Source: a bacterium
Lineage (GTDB): Bacteria; UBA8248; JACPRG01; G963555815
Reading direction: 5' to 3'
Assembly (NCBI GenBank): GCA_965261595.1
Contig: CBDHDG010000005.1
Coordinates: 384,001 to 448,000 of the forward strand
Length of the DNA stretch: 64,000 nt
In this document: positions 40,086 to 49,674 of the stretch, in pieces
Numbering within the stretch: the stretch's first letter is position 1
Layout of the letters: each line of letters begins with the position of its first letter
Made by a program: the position numbers and the translations under genes
The notes under the pieces: generated by a model
Told to the model about the DNA's origin: nothing
Database searches by the model: none
The model's input: the letters and a program-made list of their open reading frames with translations, nothing else

Positions 40086-40901
40086 ATGATGATTCGCAGG
40101 GAGTGGGAAGACGACTGGGTTCTTTTTCCTCAGCCGGAGCACGCCCGAATCTCCGGCGTCCTGGCCGAGGCCTGGGGCGCCGGCGATTTTTCCCGGCCCG
40201 AGCCGTGGGACGACGTTCTCCGGGCGACGTACGAGCATGATCTCGGTTGGACCGAATGGGAGAAGGCGCCCACCCTCAACGCGGACCGTCAGCTGGCGCA
40301 TTTCACCGAAACCCCCGTGGATGTTAATTTCGATATCTTTCGCAACGGCGTCCACGTCATTTACAGCGGGGGATATCCTTATTCGGCCGCCCTGGTCAGC
40401 CGCCACGCGTCCAACGTCTACAGCGGGATCCTGCGGGGCTGGGTCCGGCCCGTGACGCCCGAGGAAAAGAGCAAGCTGAGCGCCTACGTCGAGGAGCAGG
40501 AGGAGCGGCAGGCCGCGATCTGCCGGGAGATCAACGAGGGAGGGGGGGGGTCGGGCAAGGACGAGGCCGTCACCCTGGAGGACGTGAATCGACACGGAAA
40601 GTTCGTGACCGCGATGGACACCATCTCGCTGGTGCTTTGCAACGGCTGGAACCACCGGAACCGTTTGCAGCAGGTGCCGGTCGGGCCTTCGGAGGAGGAC
40701 GGCCTTGCCGATATCGCCCTGGATCTCGCGGACCCGCACACCCTCCGGGTCTCCCCCTGGCCGTTTTCGCGGGATTGCGTGGAGGCGACCGCGCGGGGCC
40801 GCCGCATCCCCCGAGAGCCGTTCGATTCCGATGAGGATCTCCACGCCGCGCTCCGGGACGCCCCGATGTTCGAGATGACCTACCGCCTCATGCCCGGCTA
40901 G
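40086..40901 (+). CDS. DUF3891 family protein
   Basis: MIRR..QPEHARISG.LA..W, HD.GW..W, YSAALVSRH, D.ISL.LC, PWPF. Confidence 0.8.
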   Translation: MMIRREWEDDWVLFPQPEHARISGVLAEAWGAGDFSRPEPWDDVLRATYEHDLGWTEWEKAPTLNADRQLAHFTETPVDVNFDIFRNGVHVIYSGGYPYSAALVSRHASNVYSGILRGWVRPVTPEEKSKLSAYVEEQEERQAAICREINEGGGGSGKDEAVTLEDVNRHGKFVTAMDTISLVLCNGWNHRNRLQQVPVGPSEEDGLADIALDLADPHTLRVSPWPFSRDCVEATARGRRIPREPFDSDEDLHAALRDAPMFEMTYRLMPG

Positions 40902-40980
40902 GCGGGATATCCAAAAACGTTTTGCGGCGCGAATGTCCCCGGGCCGAAGAAGCGGGGGCGTGCGCCCTGACTCCATCTTC

Positions 40981-41024
40981 CTCCCTCCCTCCCTCCCTCC
41001 CTCCCTCCCTCCCTCCCTCCCTCC
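40981..41024. repeat. (CTCC)11 tetranucleotide microsatellite
   Basis: Eleven perfect units, ~80 bp upstream of the SDR gene. Confidence 0.9.
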
Positions 41025-41107
41025 CCCTTTCGTCCATTTCGGTTGTGTTAAGGTAAGGTGGTTTCCAACTCAATCGATCGAAGCGCCATGGGAATGGTGA
41101 GCGAAAA

Positions 41108-41848
41108 ATGCGTTTTCAGGACCAGGTTGTGATCGTCACGGGCGGCTCCCTGGGGATTGGACGGGCCTACGTGAGGGCCTTCCACGCCGAAGGGGCGAAG
41201 GTCGTCATCGCCGACGTGGCCGATCCCGGGGAATTTCTCGACGAGTTCGAGGGCGGCGCGTGCGTCTATGTCGAGACGGACATCCGGCGGGAGGAGTCGA
41301 CCCTCGCGCTGGCCGAATCGACCCTGGAGCGGTTCGGCCGGATCGACGTCCTGATCAATAACGCCGCCCGCCCCGGCCGGACCGCGCGCTGGCCCTTGAT
41401 GGACATCAAGCTGGAGGACTGGGACGAGGTGTACAGGGTCAACGTCCGGGGAACCCTGTTGTGCACGAGGGCCGTGGTCCCGGCATTCGACGAAGCGGGT
41501 CGCGGGAAGATCGTCAACATCGCCTCGGACAGCTTCTACAAGGGCCACCCGGGGATGCTGGCCTACGTTTCCTCGAAAGGGGCCGTGATCGCCATGACGC
41601 GGTCGCTTTCAAAGGAGCTGGGTCCGCTGGGCGTCAACGTCAACGCTGTGGCCCCGGACTGGATTCCCCTCGGGCCCGACAAGGACAATCCGCCCCCTTA
41701 TTCGAAGGCGGTCCTCGAGTCGCGCGTGTTCAAGCGGCATATGGACCCGGAGGACGCCGTCGGGGCCGTCCTGTTCCTGGCCTCTTCAGAAAGCGAATTT
41801 ATCACCGGCATAACGCTTCCCGTCAGCGGTGGATCGTATTTCGTGTAA
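41108..41848 (+). CDS. Short-chain dehydrogenase/reductase (SDR)
   Basis: TGGSLGIG, INNA, YVSSK, VNAVAP. Confidence 0.92.
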   Translation: MRFQDQVVIVTGGSLGIGRAYVRAFHAEGAKVVIADVADPGEFLDEFEGGACVYVETDIRREESTLALAESTLERFGRIDVLINNAARPGRTARWPLMDIKLEDWDEVYRVNVRGTLLCTRAVVPAFDEAGRGKIVNIASDSFYKGHPGMLAYVSSKGAVIAMTRSLSKELGPLGVNVNAVAPDWIPLGPDKDNPPPYSKAVLESRVFKRHMDPEDAVGAVLFLASSESEFITGITLPVSGGSYFV

Positions 41849-41880
41849 CCAAGCCACTCGAAACCGCAAGGAGACAGGGC

Positions 41881-42519
41881 ATGAGCATGATTCATGACGA
41901 TTTGATTCCCGGGCGCAAAGGCGGCGCGTGGGTGGTCAAGAAGGGCCAGTACATCAAATTGGTCGACGTGGAAGGCGGCGCCATCGGCGATTTCGTCACC
42001 TTCAACGCGAACAACCTGAAGGAGCGCTTCGATCAGGGCCGGACGAAGGCGGACAACGGCAAGATCCTCGTCACCACGGGTGACCATCTCTACACCCGCG
42101 ACAACAACATCATGCTGACCATCGTCGAGGACACCTACGGGATTCACGACCTCCAGTACGGGATGTGCAGCGCGTGGGTGTTCGAACAGTTTCACCAGAC
42201 GAAGGCCGACGGGGCGTACCATGGATTCACCGATCGCTTCACGGTCGGAGGCCCCATGGGCGTGCCGCCCTTCGGTTGTTACGAGGTGCTCCAGGAGGCC
42301 CTGAAGGGCTACCCTATCGCGCCCGAAGACATCCCGGACCCGCTGAACCTCTTCCAGACCATGTGGTTTAATATTGAGGAGGGGACGCTGGGCATCGAGG
42401 ACGGCCGGAGCAAGCCCGGCGACCATATCGTCTTCGAAGCCAAGATGGATACGCTGTGCGGCCTGAGCGCCTGTCCGTCGACCGGCAGGCCGTTTCACGT
42501 GCAGGTTTACGAGGGGTGA
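41881..42519 (+). CDS. Urea carboxylase-associated family protein (DUF1989)
   Basis: AAGGAG RBS; DVEG...DF, DTYGIHD..GMC, C, P.NLF, SKPGD, SACP. Confidence 0.87.
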   Translation: MSMIHDDLIPGRKGGAWVVKKGQYIKLVDVEGGAIGDFVTFNANNLKERFDQGRTKADNGKILVTTGDHLYTRDNNIMLTIVEDTYGIHDLQYGMCSAWVFEQFHQTKADGAYHGFTDRFTVGGPMGVPPFGCYEVLQEALKGYPIAPEDIPDPLNLFQTMWFNIEEGTLGIEDGRSKPGDHIVFEAKMDTLCGLSACPSTGRPFHVQVYEG

Positions 42520-42626
42520 ACGCTCATGTAGTCGTCGGCCGAAGGCGGAGATCACCCGCCCATGACGTGGTTCCCGCGGACGCGGCGGCAATTCCGGGAG
42601 GAGAGGGGCAAGATCGGGGGTTGGCG

Positions 42627-43076
42627 ATGACGGAAGCAAAGATGGCAACGGTCCGTGCGGCGTCGAAACTGGTCGGGCCGGGGCAGGGCGTTTGCGAGGT
42701 CAGGGGGCGCCGGTACAGGCTGGACGCGCCCCCCTTGATTGATGGACCCAACGAAGAGGTGAACCCGGTGGAGGCGATGATCGCCCCCCTGGCGGCGTGC
42801 GCTGTTCTTTTCCTCCAGCACTTGGCCCGGACGATGGACGTTCCCATCGAGGATGTCACGGCGGAGGCCGAGGCGGATTTCGACCCGAGGGGCGTCCGGG
42901 GCGAAGACGTAGATTCGGCGCTGGCCGCGGTGCGGCTGACATACCGCGTCCGGCCGGGGAGCGGCGCCGATCGGGCGGGCGTGGAGAAGCTGGTCGAGGC
43001 GTTCCGGGAGCGTTGTCCCGTCCACCGGACGTTCGCCAAGGCGGTGGACATCGCCGAGGAGATCGTTCTGGTTTAG
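42627..43076 (+). CDS. OsmC/Ohr family protein (two Cys)
   Basis: D.P...GP....NP.E....LAAC ... RCPV. Confidence 0.85.
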   Translation: MTEAKMATVRAASKLVGPGQGVCEVRGRRYRLDAPPLIDGPNEEVNPVEAMIAPLAACAVLFLQHLARTMDVPIEDVTAEAEADFDPRGVRGEDVDSALAAVRLTYRVRPGSGADRAGVEKLVEAFRERCPVHRTFAKAVDIAEEIVLV

Positions 43077-43159
43077 ACCCCCTCCTCCTCCTCCTCTCCC
43101 CCCTCAATCGAACCTCCCCCGTTCGGGCGTTCGCTTTGGCGCAGAAATGAGGGGAAGTC

Positions 43160-43426
43160 TCAGGCGGGCGTCTTTCGGCGCAGGATCCTTAATTCCGCCC
43201 CTTCGGCGGCGGCCGCTTCCACGCGGCAGATGTTTGTGCACTCGGAGGAAATGTTAAAACCCATTTCCCCGGGCGTCACATGCATGTCCTCCCAGTTGAT
43301 GTCCTCTTCCGCGGTGAGGGCGAACAGTTCTTTGACCGCCAGGCGGACCTGCTTGGTTTGCGCCGTTGGGCCGAAGCGCTTGTCGAGAATCGCGCGTATC
43401 TCTTTGTAACGTAGCGCCGGATCCAT
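43160..43426 (-). CDS. Hypothetical protein
   Basis: Strong AAGGAGGT RBS; protein-like composition. Confidence 0.6.
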   Translation of the reverse strand: MDPALRYKEIRAILDKRFGPTAQTKQVRLAVKELFALTAEEDINWEDMHVTPGEMGFNISSECTNICRVEAAAAEGAELRILRRKTPA

Positions 43427-43579
43427 CGGGTCACCTCCTTGCGCAGCAAGGGATCCCCTTCTTGGGAATTTCGGTGGAGCCTCCGAATCCGGCCATGTTC
43501 CACGTCATGCGGGCCGAGGGGGGGAAGGCCGGCAATTTCCTGAAACCACCCTCCGCTCACTGTTCCGTCCCGGTTTTTC

Positions 43580-44386
43580 TCACTCCGCCCCCGGGCGTGA
43601 ATCCCGTTCCTCGACGCTCGAATCGCCCGAAATTCCATAGAAGCGGCTGAAATGGTTTTTCATGAGCCGCCGGATGTGCGGATGGCCGTCGAAGGGCGCC
43701 TCCCGCAGCATTTCAAACCGCTTCTCCAACTCGGCGGATACGTCGAGGCCGTCATCGTGGTAAATCGCTTTGTTGTCGAGTTTGGTGAGGAGCCGCTGGA
43801 TCTGCTTGCGCCCCGAATACCGTTCGAGGATCCCCAGCCATTTCCGAAACCTTTTGTACCGGCCGAGTTGTTCCTTTCTGGGAACGGCCCGGGTCTTGGC
43901 GTTCAGGACGTACAGTTGTCCTCCGCTCCGGAGGAGCCGGCGGAATTGGCCGATCAGCCTCGGCAGAGATTCGCCGTCGACGTGCTGGAGCACATAGACG
44001 GTCAAGACCAGATCGATGGACCCGGTTTCGATATCGGGAAGCCGGCCGGCGGGAAGAAGCTCCAGCCTGCCGTTCTCGAAGTGCTCGTCCGGGATGTAGT
44101 CGCGCGCGTGCCGAAGCATGCCCTCGGAATTGTCCACGCCGAGAACTTTGATGTGGGGATGGCGCTCCAAGATCGCCCGGGTCATTCTGCCCACCCCCAG
44201 CCCGTAATCCAGGACCTGCCGGGCCCCTGTCAGCTCGGCCTCCAGCGCGTGGATCAGAACGTCGGTTTCCACCCCGAATCGCTCACGGGCCGACATGCCG
44301 TGGTAGTACGTGCAATTGGTCGTCATGGCCGCGTCGAGCGAGTCTCTTGTGAAGATGAATTCGTTGGGATCTTTCATCATAACCAT
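43580..44386 (-). CDS. Class I SAM-dependent methyltransferase
   Basis: VLDYGLGVGR, GVDNSEGML, VLQH, LLRSGG. Confidence 0.85.
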   Translation of the reverse strand: MVMMKDPNEFIFTRDSLDAAMTTNCTYYHGMSARERFGVETDVLIHALEAELTGARQVLDYGLGVGRMTRAILERHPHIKVLGVDNSEGMLRHARDYIPDEHFENGRLELLPAGRLPDIETGSIDLVLTVYVLQHVDGESLPRLIGQFRRLLRSGGQLYVLNAKTRAVPRKEQLGRYKRFRKWLGILERYSGRKQIQRLLTKLDNKAIYHDDGLDVSAELEKRFEMLREAPFDGHPHIRRLMKNHFSRFYGISGDSSVEERDSRPGAE

Positions 44387-44425
44387 TGGAAAGTAAATGA
44401 GTTATAAGGATACGGGTTGCACAGA

Positions 44426-44454
44426 GGCTAGCACGGGGGGGCCGAGGTGTCAAC
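44426..44454 (-). promoter_or_regulatory. Putative sigma70 promoter for the methyltransferase gene
   Basis: Minus-strand TTGACA-~17 bp-TAGCCT; coordinates approximate. Confidence 0.45.
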
Positions 44455-44529
44455 GTCTCATTGGTTCTGCTATGTTACCCGGAGTGATTCCTTTGAGACC
44501 GTTTTCCGACGGATTCCGGGAGGAAGGAA

Positions 44530-44997
44530 ATGGGTGAGCAGACGAAGGTTGAATCGGTGACCCGCGTGGCGGCCGCCCAATGGAAGGGTTCCATGCGCTC
44601 GGAAGTGTCCGTCCGGGACTGCGAGCCGGTCATCATCGACGAGCCGCCGGGCCGCGGCGGCCTCTACGAATACCCGACCCCCTCCGAGTACACCATCGCC
44701 GCCATCGCCGGGTGCAGCGTGGCCCACATCGAGTTGTTCGCCAAAGAGGCGGGAATGCCGCTGGAGGACTGCCGGGTGGTGGGCGGCCTGGAGTTGGCGC
44801 ACTTCGAGCCCGACAACGAGCGCGGAAAGAACGGCGGCGTCCTGGGGATCGACCTGAAGTTTTATGTGACGTCCTCCGGGACGGAGGAGCAGCTTGGACA
44901 GGTGAAACAGCTCTTCCATGACCGCTGCGTCCTCTACCGCTTCGCCAAGTCCGCCGCGCCCCTCACGGAGGAATGGGTGCTGACCCCGCCGTGCTGA
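44530..44997 (+). CDS. OsmC/Ohr family protein (two Cys)
   Basis: IDEPPGRGG...PTP.EY..AAIAGC ... RCVL. Confidence 0.87.
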   Translation: MGEQTKVESVTRVAAAQWKGSMRSEVSVRDCEPVIIDEPPGRGGLYEYPTPSEYTIAAIAGCSVAHIELFAKEAGMPLEDCRVVGGLELAHFEPDNERGKNGGVLGIDLKFYVTSSGTEEQLGQVKQLFHDRCVLYRFAKSAAPLTEEWVLTPPC

Positions 44998-45175
44998 CTC
45001 CCAGGAGTTCGGAACCCCCCTCGAAAACTTTTTGCGGCCAAGCCTGCGGCTTGCCCTTCCGGGGGTGAAAGTCTGATTGGCTATAGCGGTTGGCTGTGGC
45101 CCGCGACGTCTTGGATCTTTGTCCGGATGCCCGTCTTCCTACGGCAGCCGCAGCGTCCGCACAATGGGCCGATTT

Positions 45176-45273
45176 TCTTGCGATAGCGTGCGGCCCTGCA
45201 AGGGCCGCACGCTATCGCCAAACGAAAGTTTTTCGGGGGTCCAGGGGGCGGTTTTTCAAAAAAGCCCCCTGGG
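45176..45273 (+). repeat. Dispersed two-hairpin element, copy 2
   Basis: GCGATAG-CGT-GCGGCCC loop GGGCCGC-ACG-CTATCGC, linker CAAACGAAAGTTTTTCG, hairpin CCAGGGGGC..TTTTTCAAAAAA..GCCCCCTGG. Confidence 0.8.
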
Positions 45274-45313
45274 ACGTTGCCTTTTTCATCCTCTTTTCTG
45301 CTATCTTCCGGGT

Positions 45314-47101
45314 ATGGTTTTCTCCGGCAACAGTCATCCGCCCGAGGACAATCCGCCTTCCGGAGCGCGGAAAAGAATCTTCCTCCTGGGCACGCCTTGG
45401 GGCGAGGCCCTGGTCCTGGCTTTGTTCGCCGCCGTCATCACCCTCTACGGCCTCGGCGCGACCAGTCTCATCGACAACGACGAGACGCGATTTGGTCTCC
45501 TGGCCCGGAACATGATCGAGACCGGGGACTGGGTGGTGCCCCGCTGGTCTCACCGGCCCCAGGGGACCAAACCCCCGCTCTTCATGTGGGCCGTCGCCGG
45601 GTTTTCCTTCCTCACGGGCGAGATAAATTCCTGGTCCGCGCGGGGCCCCTCGGCCCTGGCCGGGGTCGGCGTGGTCGTCCTGACGTACTTTTTGGGAAGG
45701 CGATTTTTTCCTCATCCCGTCCCGTTTCTGGCGGGATTGGTGATGAGCACCAACGTCGCCTTCTACCAAATCGCCCGGACGGCCCGCACGGACATGCTCC
45801 TTGTGTTCTTCGTCCTGTTGGCGGCGACGCTCGTCCTGGAGGGGCAGGCCCGGGGGGAGGGGGGGAGGAGAGGGGGACCTCGGGGCTATCTGCTCGTGAT
45901 GGGGGGCTACGCGGCGGCGGGTCTCGCCGTGCTGACGAAAGGCCCGGTGGGTTTTCTCCTGCCGGGCTTCATTGTTGGGGGCGTTTGGATCGCCCGGCGG
46001 GAATGGAAGCGGGCGTCCATCGCCGCCCACCTCGCGGGTCTGGCCGTGATGGTCGGCGTTGCCGGATCCTGGTACTTCCTGTTCCAAGACGCCATTGGCG
46101 GGGAGAGCGCACGGGGCTTCGTTCTTCGGGAAAACCTTTCGCGCTTTCTCAGCGCCTTCGATCACAGCGCGCCGTTTTATTACTTCGTCTACACCTTCGC
46201 GGGCGATTTCATGCCGTGGACGCCGATCTTCGTTTTGGCCCTGGCCTGGGCCTGGGTGAGGCGCAAGGCGAAAACCGCCGATTACGGCTCGGTCTTGATC
46301 TGGTTCGCGGCGGTCTTCGTTTTCTTCAGCGTTTCGTCCTCCAAGCGGGGACCCTATATCTTCGCCCTCTATCCGGCGGCCGCCATGATGACGGGGGCTT
46401 TTCTGGCGACGGCGATGGCCCCCGTGGGGAAATCCCTGGACCGGTGGCGGACGGCCGGCGTCTGGACGTTTCGGGGGCTCGGCGTCGCCGCTGTCGGTTT
46501 GGCCGTGGGTGGTTCGATCTGGACGGCCATGAGATTTCCGTCCGTTCTCATTCCCGCGATCGCGGCGGGGGTGCTTCTGTGCGTTTTCGGCGCGTGGATG
46601 TTGCGGGAGACATTCCGCGGCACGCTGGGTCGGGTCACGTTGGTGATCCCCACGGGTTTTTTGATGATCCACCTTTTGGTCCAGCCCCTGGCCGCGCCTC
46701 ACCTGGAGCGAAGGAAGTCGCCGCGGCCCTATGCGAAGGAGGTGGCCGATCTGGTCGGACGGCATCACCTGGTCTCGTACAAGTTTTCCAAGCCGTCGCT
46801 GGATTTTTACGCCCCGCCGGAGATGGGGGAGGTGTATTTCATTTATGACTGGGGCATGCTCCGATACTTTTTCCGCTATCACCAGGAACCGGTCTACGTC
46901 GTGATGAGCCGGAAGAATTATCAGGCGATTCGGCCCGAGGCCCTGGCGGGGTCTCGTCTGCTTCGAGAGAATCTCAAGTACCGAAAAGATTCCCTGGTTG
47001 TCTTGACCAACCGGCCGGTTCGCCCGGATCCCTCCGCGCGGGTGAATGGGGCGGCGCCGCCCACCCGGTCGAATCGGAAAGGCCCGGCCGGCAGGCGATG
47101 A
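45314..47101 (+). CDS. ArnT/PMT-like GT-C glycosyltransferase
   Basis: DETRF..ARNM..GDW..P, KPPL, ARTD, LTKGP, F.PW, SKR..Y; multiple TM segments. Confidence 0.88.
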   Translation: MVFSGNSHPPEDNPPSGARKRIFLLGTPWGEALVLALFAAVITLYGLGATSLIDNDETRFGLLARNMIETGDWVVPRWSHRPQGTKPPLFMWAVAGFSFLTGEINSWSARGPSALAGVGVVVLTYFLGRRFFPHPVPFLAGLVMSTNVAFYQIARTARTDMLLVFFVLLAATLVLEGQARGEGGRRGGPRGYLLVMGGYAAAGLAVLTKGPVGFLLPGFIVGGVWIARREWKRASIAAHLAGLAVMVGVAGSWYFLFQDAIGGESARGFVLRENLSRFLSAFDHSAPFYYFVYTFAGDFMPWTPIFVLALAWAWVRRKAKTADYGSVLIWFAAVFVFFSVSSSKRGPYIFALYPAAAMMTGAFLATAMAPVGKSLDRWRTAGVWTFRGLGVAAVGLAVGGSIWTAMRFPSVLIPAIAAGVLLCVFGAWMLRETFRGTLGRVTLVIPTGFLMIHLLVQPLAAPHLERRKSPRPYAKEVADLVGRHHLVSYKFSKPSLDFYAPPEMGEVYFIYDWGMLRYFFRYHQEPVYVVMSRKNYQAIRPEALAGSRLLRENLKYRKDSLVVLTNRPVRPDPSARVNGAAPPTRSNRKGPAGRR

Positions 47102-48780
47102 GAATCCAAAACGCCCCCTTTCAGGTTGTCCTGCTGATCCTCGCGGCCGGGGTGCTGTTCTTTCTCCGTCTCGACGCCAAGCGCCTGATGGACAACGAGG
47201 AGAGCCGCTTCGCCCTTCAGGCCCGGGTGATGATCGAGACCGGGGACTGGGTGGTCCCCCGGTGGTCGCAGCGGCCGCAGGGCACGAAACCCCCGCTCTT
47301 CACCTGGGCCGTCGCGGCGCTCTCCAAGGCCTCGGGCGGCGTGAGCGAGTGGACCGCCCGGCTGCCTTCCGCCGCGGCCGCCCTGGCGACGGTGCTCGTG
47401 GTCTACTTCCTCGGGGTGCGCCTGTTTGGAAGGACCGCCGGGTTCCTGGGCGCCCTGGTTCTCGCCTCCTCCTTTCTTTTCTGGGACCAGGCCCGGTTCG
47501 CCAAGTCGGACATGTTCCTGACGTGCTTTTTGACGATTTCGGTTGTTTGCCTGATCCGCGGGGCGGAGGCGGGCGCACGGTCCTCGCTCTGGCTCCTGGG
47601 GGCGTTCGCGGCGGCGGGCCTGGCCGTCTTGAGCAAGGGTCCGGTGGGGGTGGTGCTGCCGGCGTGGGTCGGATTCCTCTACCTGACCCTCCGGCGGCGC
47701 TGGGGAAGGTTTCCCCTCTGGAGTTTCGGGGCGGGTGTCCTGGTCTTTGTCGCGATCGTTTCTCCGTGGTACATCCTGTACGCCCAAACCGCCGGCGGGG
47801 AGCACATCCGGGAGATGCTTTTCCGGCAGAACGTGACCCGCTACCTCAGCGCCTTCGATCACAGGAAATCGCTTTTCTTCTATCTGGCGTATTTCCCGTC
47901 GAATTTCCTTCCCTGGATGGGGCTGACGCTGGCGGCGCTGGTGTACGGGGCGTCCCGGAGCTGGAGAAACCGGGAAGCCGGCGTGATGGTTTTCTTGTGG
48001 TGGGCCGCCATCTTCCTGTTCTTCAGTTTGTCCACCTCGAAGCGGCCCGCCTATATCCTGCCCGCCTTCCCTCCGGCCGCCCTCTTGACGGGGTTCTTTA
48101 TTCGGGCCGAGGTGCTTGGAACTCGGGGGGCGGGGCTGACCCGGAGGGATTGGGGGTGGTGGGGCGGGCTGATCCTGGGGATCACCTTTGCGGGACTCGC
48201 CGCCGGCGGGATCGGCTTCGTCCTCTGGGCGGGGATCGCCGATCCGGAGTTTCTCCCGTCTGCCCTATTGTTGGGCGGGATCTGGATCGCCTCGGGGGCC
48301 GCGGCGCTTTGGACCCAGAGGCGTGGAAGGCCCCTTCGGGCGATCGCTGTTTTCGTGTGCGGGATTCTGGCGACCCAGGGGGCGTCTCAGTGGAGCCTGG
48401 CGCCGCGAATCGACAGCCGCCTCGGGACGGCCGCCGCCGCGCGGAAGGTGGTCCGCGCCGCCGCCGGCGCGCACATCGTTTCCTTCCGGTTCCCGAAAGC
48501 CTCGCTGGCCTTCTATGGCGCCGGGAGCGGCGGGAAGAATGGGGAGGGAGAGGGAAAAGCGGGAGAGTTTTACTACTTCAGGCAGCCCTGGCGGCTGCGA
48601 TATTTCCTGAATGACTTCCAGGCGCCGGCCTTCATCCTGTTACAGACGAAAGAGTATCGGAAGCTCCCCGAGGACATCCGTTCAAAGATGACGGTGGTGG
48701 AACGGGACCTCCGGTTCGGCCGGCATCGCACGGTGCTTTTGAAGAACCGGCCCTATCGGCCGGGGGTTTCGCGGGATTGA
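47098..48780 (+). CDS. ArnT/PMT-like GT-C glycosyltransferase (tandem paralog)
   Basis: EESRF, GDWVVP, KPPL, LSKGP, FLPW, SKRPAY; ATGA overlap with the upstream paralog. Confidence 0.88.
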   Translation: MRIQNAPFQVVLLILAAGVLFFLRLDAKRLMDNEESRFALQARVMIETGDWVVPRWSQRPQGTKPPLFTWAVAALSKASGGVSEWTARLPSAAAALATVLVVYFLGVRLFGRTAGFLGALVLASSFLFWDQARFAKSDMFLTCFLTISVVCLIRGAEAGARSSLWLLGAFAAAGLAVLSKGPVGVVLPAWVGFLYLTLRRRWGRFPLWSFGAGVLVFVAIVSPWYILYAQTAGGEHIREMLFRQNVTRYLSAFDHRKSLFFYLAYFPSNFLPWMGLTLAALVYGASRSWRNREAGVMVFLWWAAIFLFFSLSTSKRPAYILPAFPPAALLTGFFIRAEVLGTRGAGLTRRDWGWWGGLILGITFAGLAAGGIGFVLWAGIADPEFLPSALLLGGIWIASGAAALWTQRRGRPLRAIAVFVCGILATQGASQWSLAPRIDSRLGTAAAARKVVRAAAGAHIVSFRFPKASLAFYGAGSGGKNGEGEGKAGEFYYFRQPWRLRYFLNDFQAPAFILLQTKEYRKLPEDIRSKMTVVERDLRFGRHRTVLLKNRPYRPGVSRD

Positions 48781-48793
48781 CGGGGCGGGCGAA

Positions 48794-49264
48794 TCAGGAT
48801 CCCTTGCCGTTCACCAAGGTGAGCAGGGGCTCGCCCCCGCTTGATTCATGGCCGACTCTTTGCTTTGAATGCCGGCCGTTGCGGGCAAGGGTCCGGGCGG
48901 TCTCGGGTTCGATGGAATTCGGAGGGATTCCGGCGGATTTTTGTTTCTCTTCTATCCACCAGGCTTCGATGAAGAGATCTTCCCCTTCCACTTTGACCTC
49001 GTATGTTTGAACGTGGTGTCCGAAGGCGTCGGCCGATTCCCCTGTTCTCAGATCGAATCGCATCCCGTGAGCCGGACAAATCACGCACATGTCCTGAACG
49101 GCCCCGCAGGAAAGGGTTCCGCCCCTGTGGGGGCATACGTCGTTGACGGCGTAGAACTTCCCGTCCACTTTGAAGACGCCGACGAGCTTGTGTCCGACAT
49201 TGACGACCCGGCCCTTTCCTTCCGGAAAGTCACAGGTTTTGGCGACCCACACGAACTTGCGCAT
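48794..49264 (-). CDS. Rieske [2Fe-2S] ferredoxin
   Basis: CPHRGG...CPAHG. Confidence 0.88.
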   Translation of the reverse strand: MRKFVWVAKTCDFPEGKGRVVNVGHKLVGVFKVDGKFYAVNDVCPHRGGTLSCGAVQDMCVICPAHGMRFDLRTGESADAFGHHVQTYEVKVEGEDLFIEAWWIEEKQKSAGIPPNSIEPETARTLARNGRHSKQRVGHESSGGEPLLTLVNGKGS

Positions 49265-49674
49265 TTTCACTCCCACTTGTGGATTCCCGTGCATCGCTGA
49301 ACGTGGCGCCGGGAGGCGATGAAGCTGTATCCCCTAGATATACAGCAGATTTCATGCCAAACAGACGTTGCCTGTCTCCGCGCGGCGAGTAGACGCGAAG
49401 AGGGAAGACCGCGGAGGACATTTGCCTGTTTTGCTTGGTTTTAGGCCGTCGTCGTTCTTGAGGCGCGGTTTCATCGATTCGAATGTCGGAGGATTTGCCG
49501 AACCCGGGTGGATGGATATCCCGCGAGGCGACGTGATTTTGACGCCAATCGTTCGGGGCGGGCGCGAGTCGGAGGACTCTCCGAGTCGGTCGACTCCCGC
49601 ACCGGTCCGTGTCGTTGGCCAACGGATGACCCGTGAGCAAATGGCGTCCCGGACATCTTTCTGAGAAATGCGGC

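Noticed and set aside
44992..45020. OsmC paralog ends in Cys-UGA, a possible C-terminal CU motif
   Set aside because: The domain is already complete, there is no convincing SECIS, and read-through runs into a repeat element.
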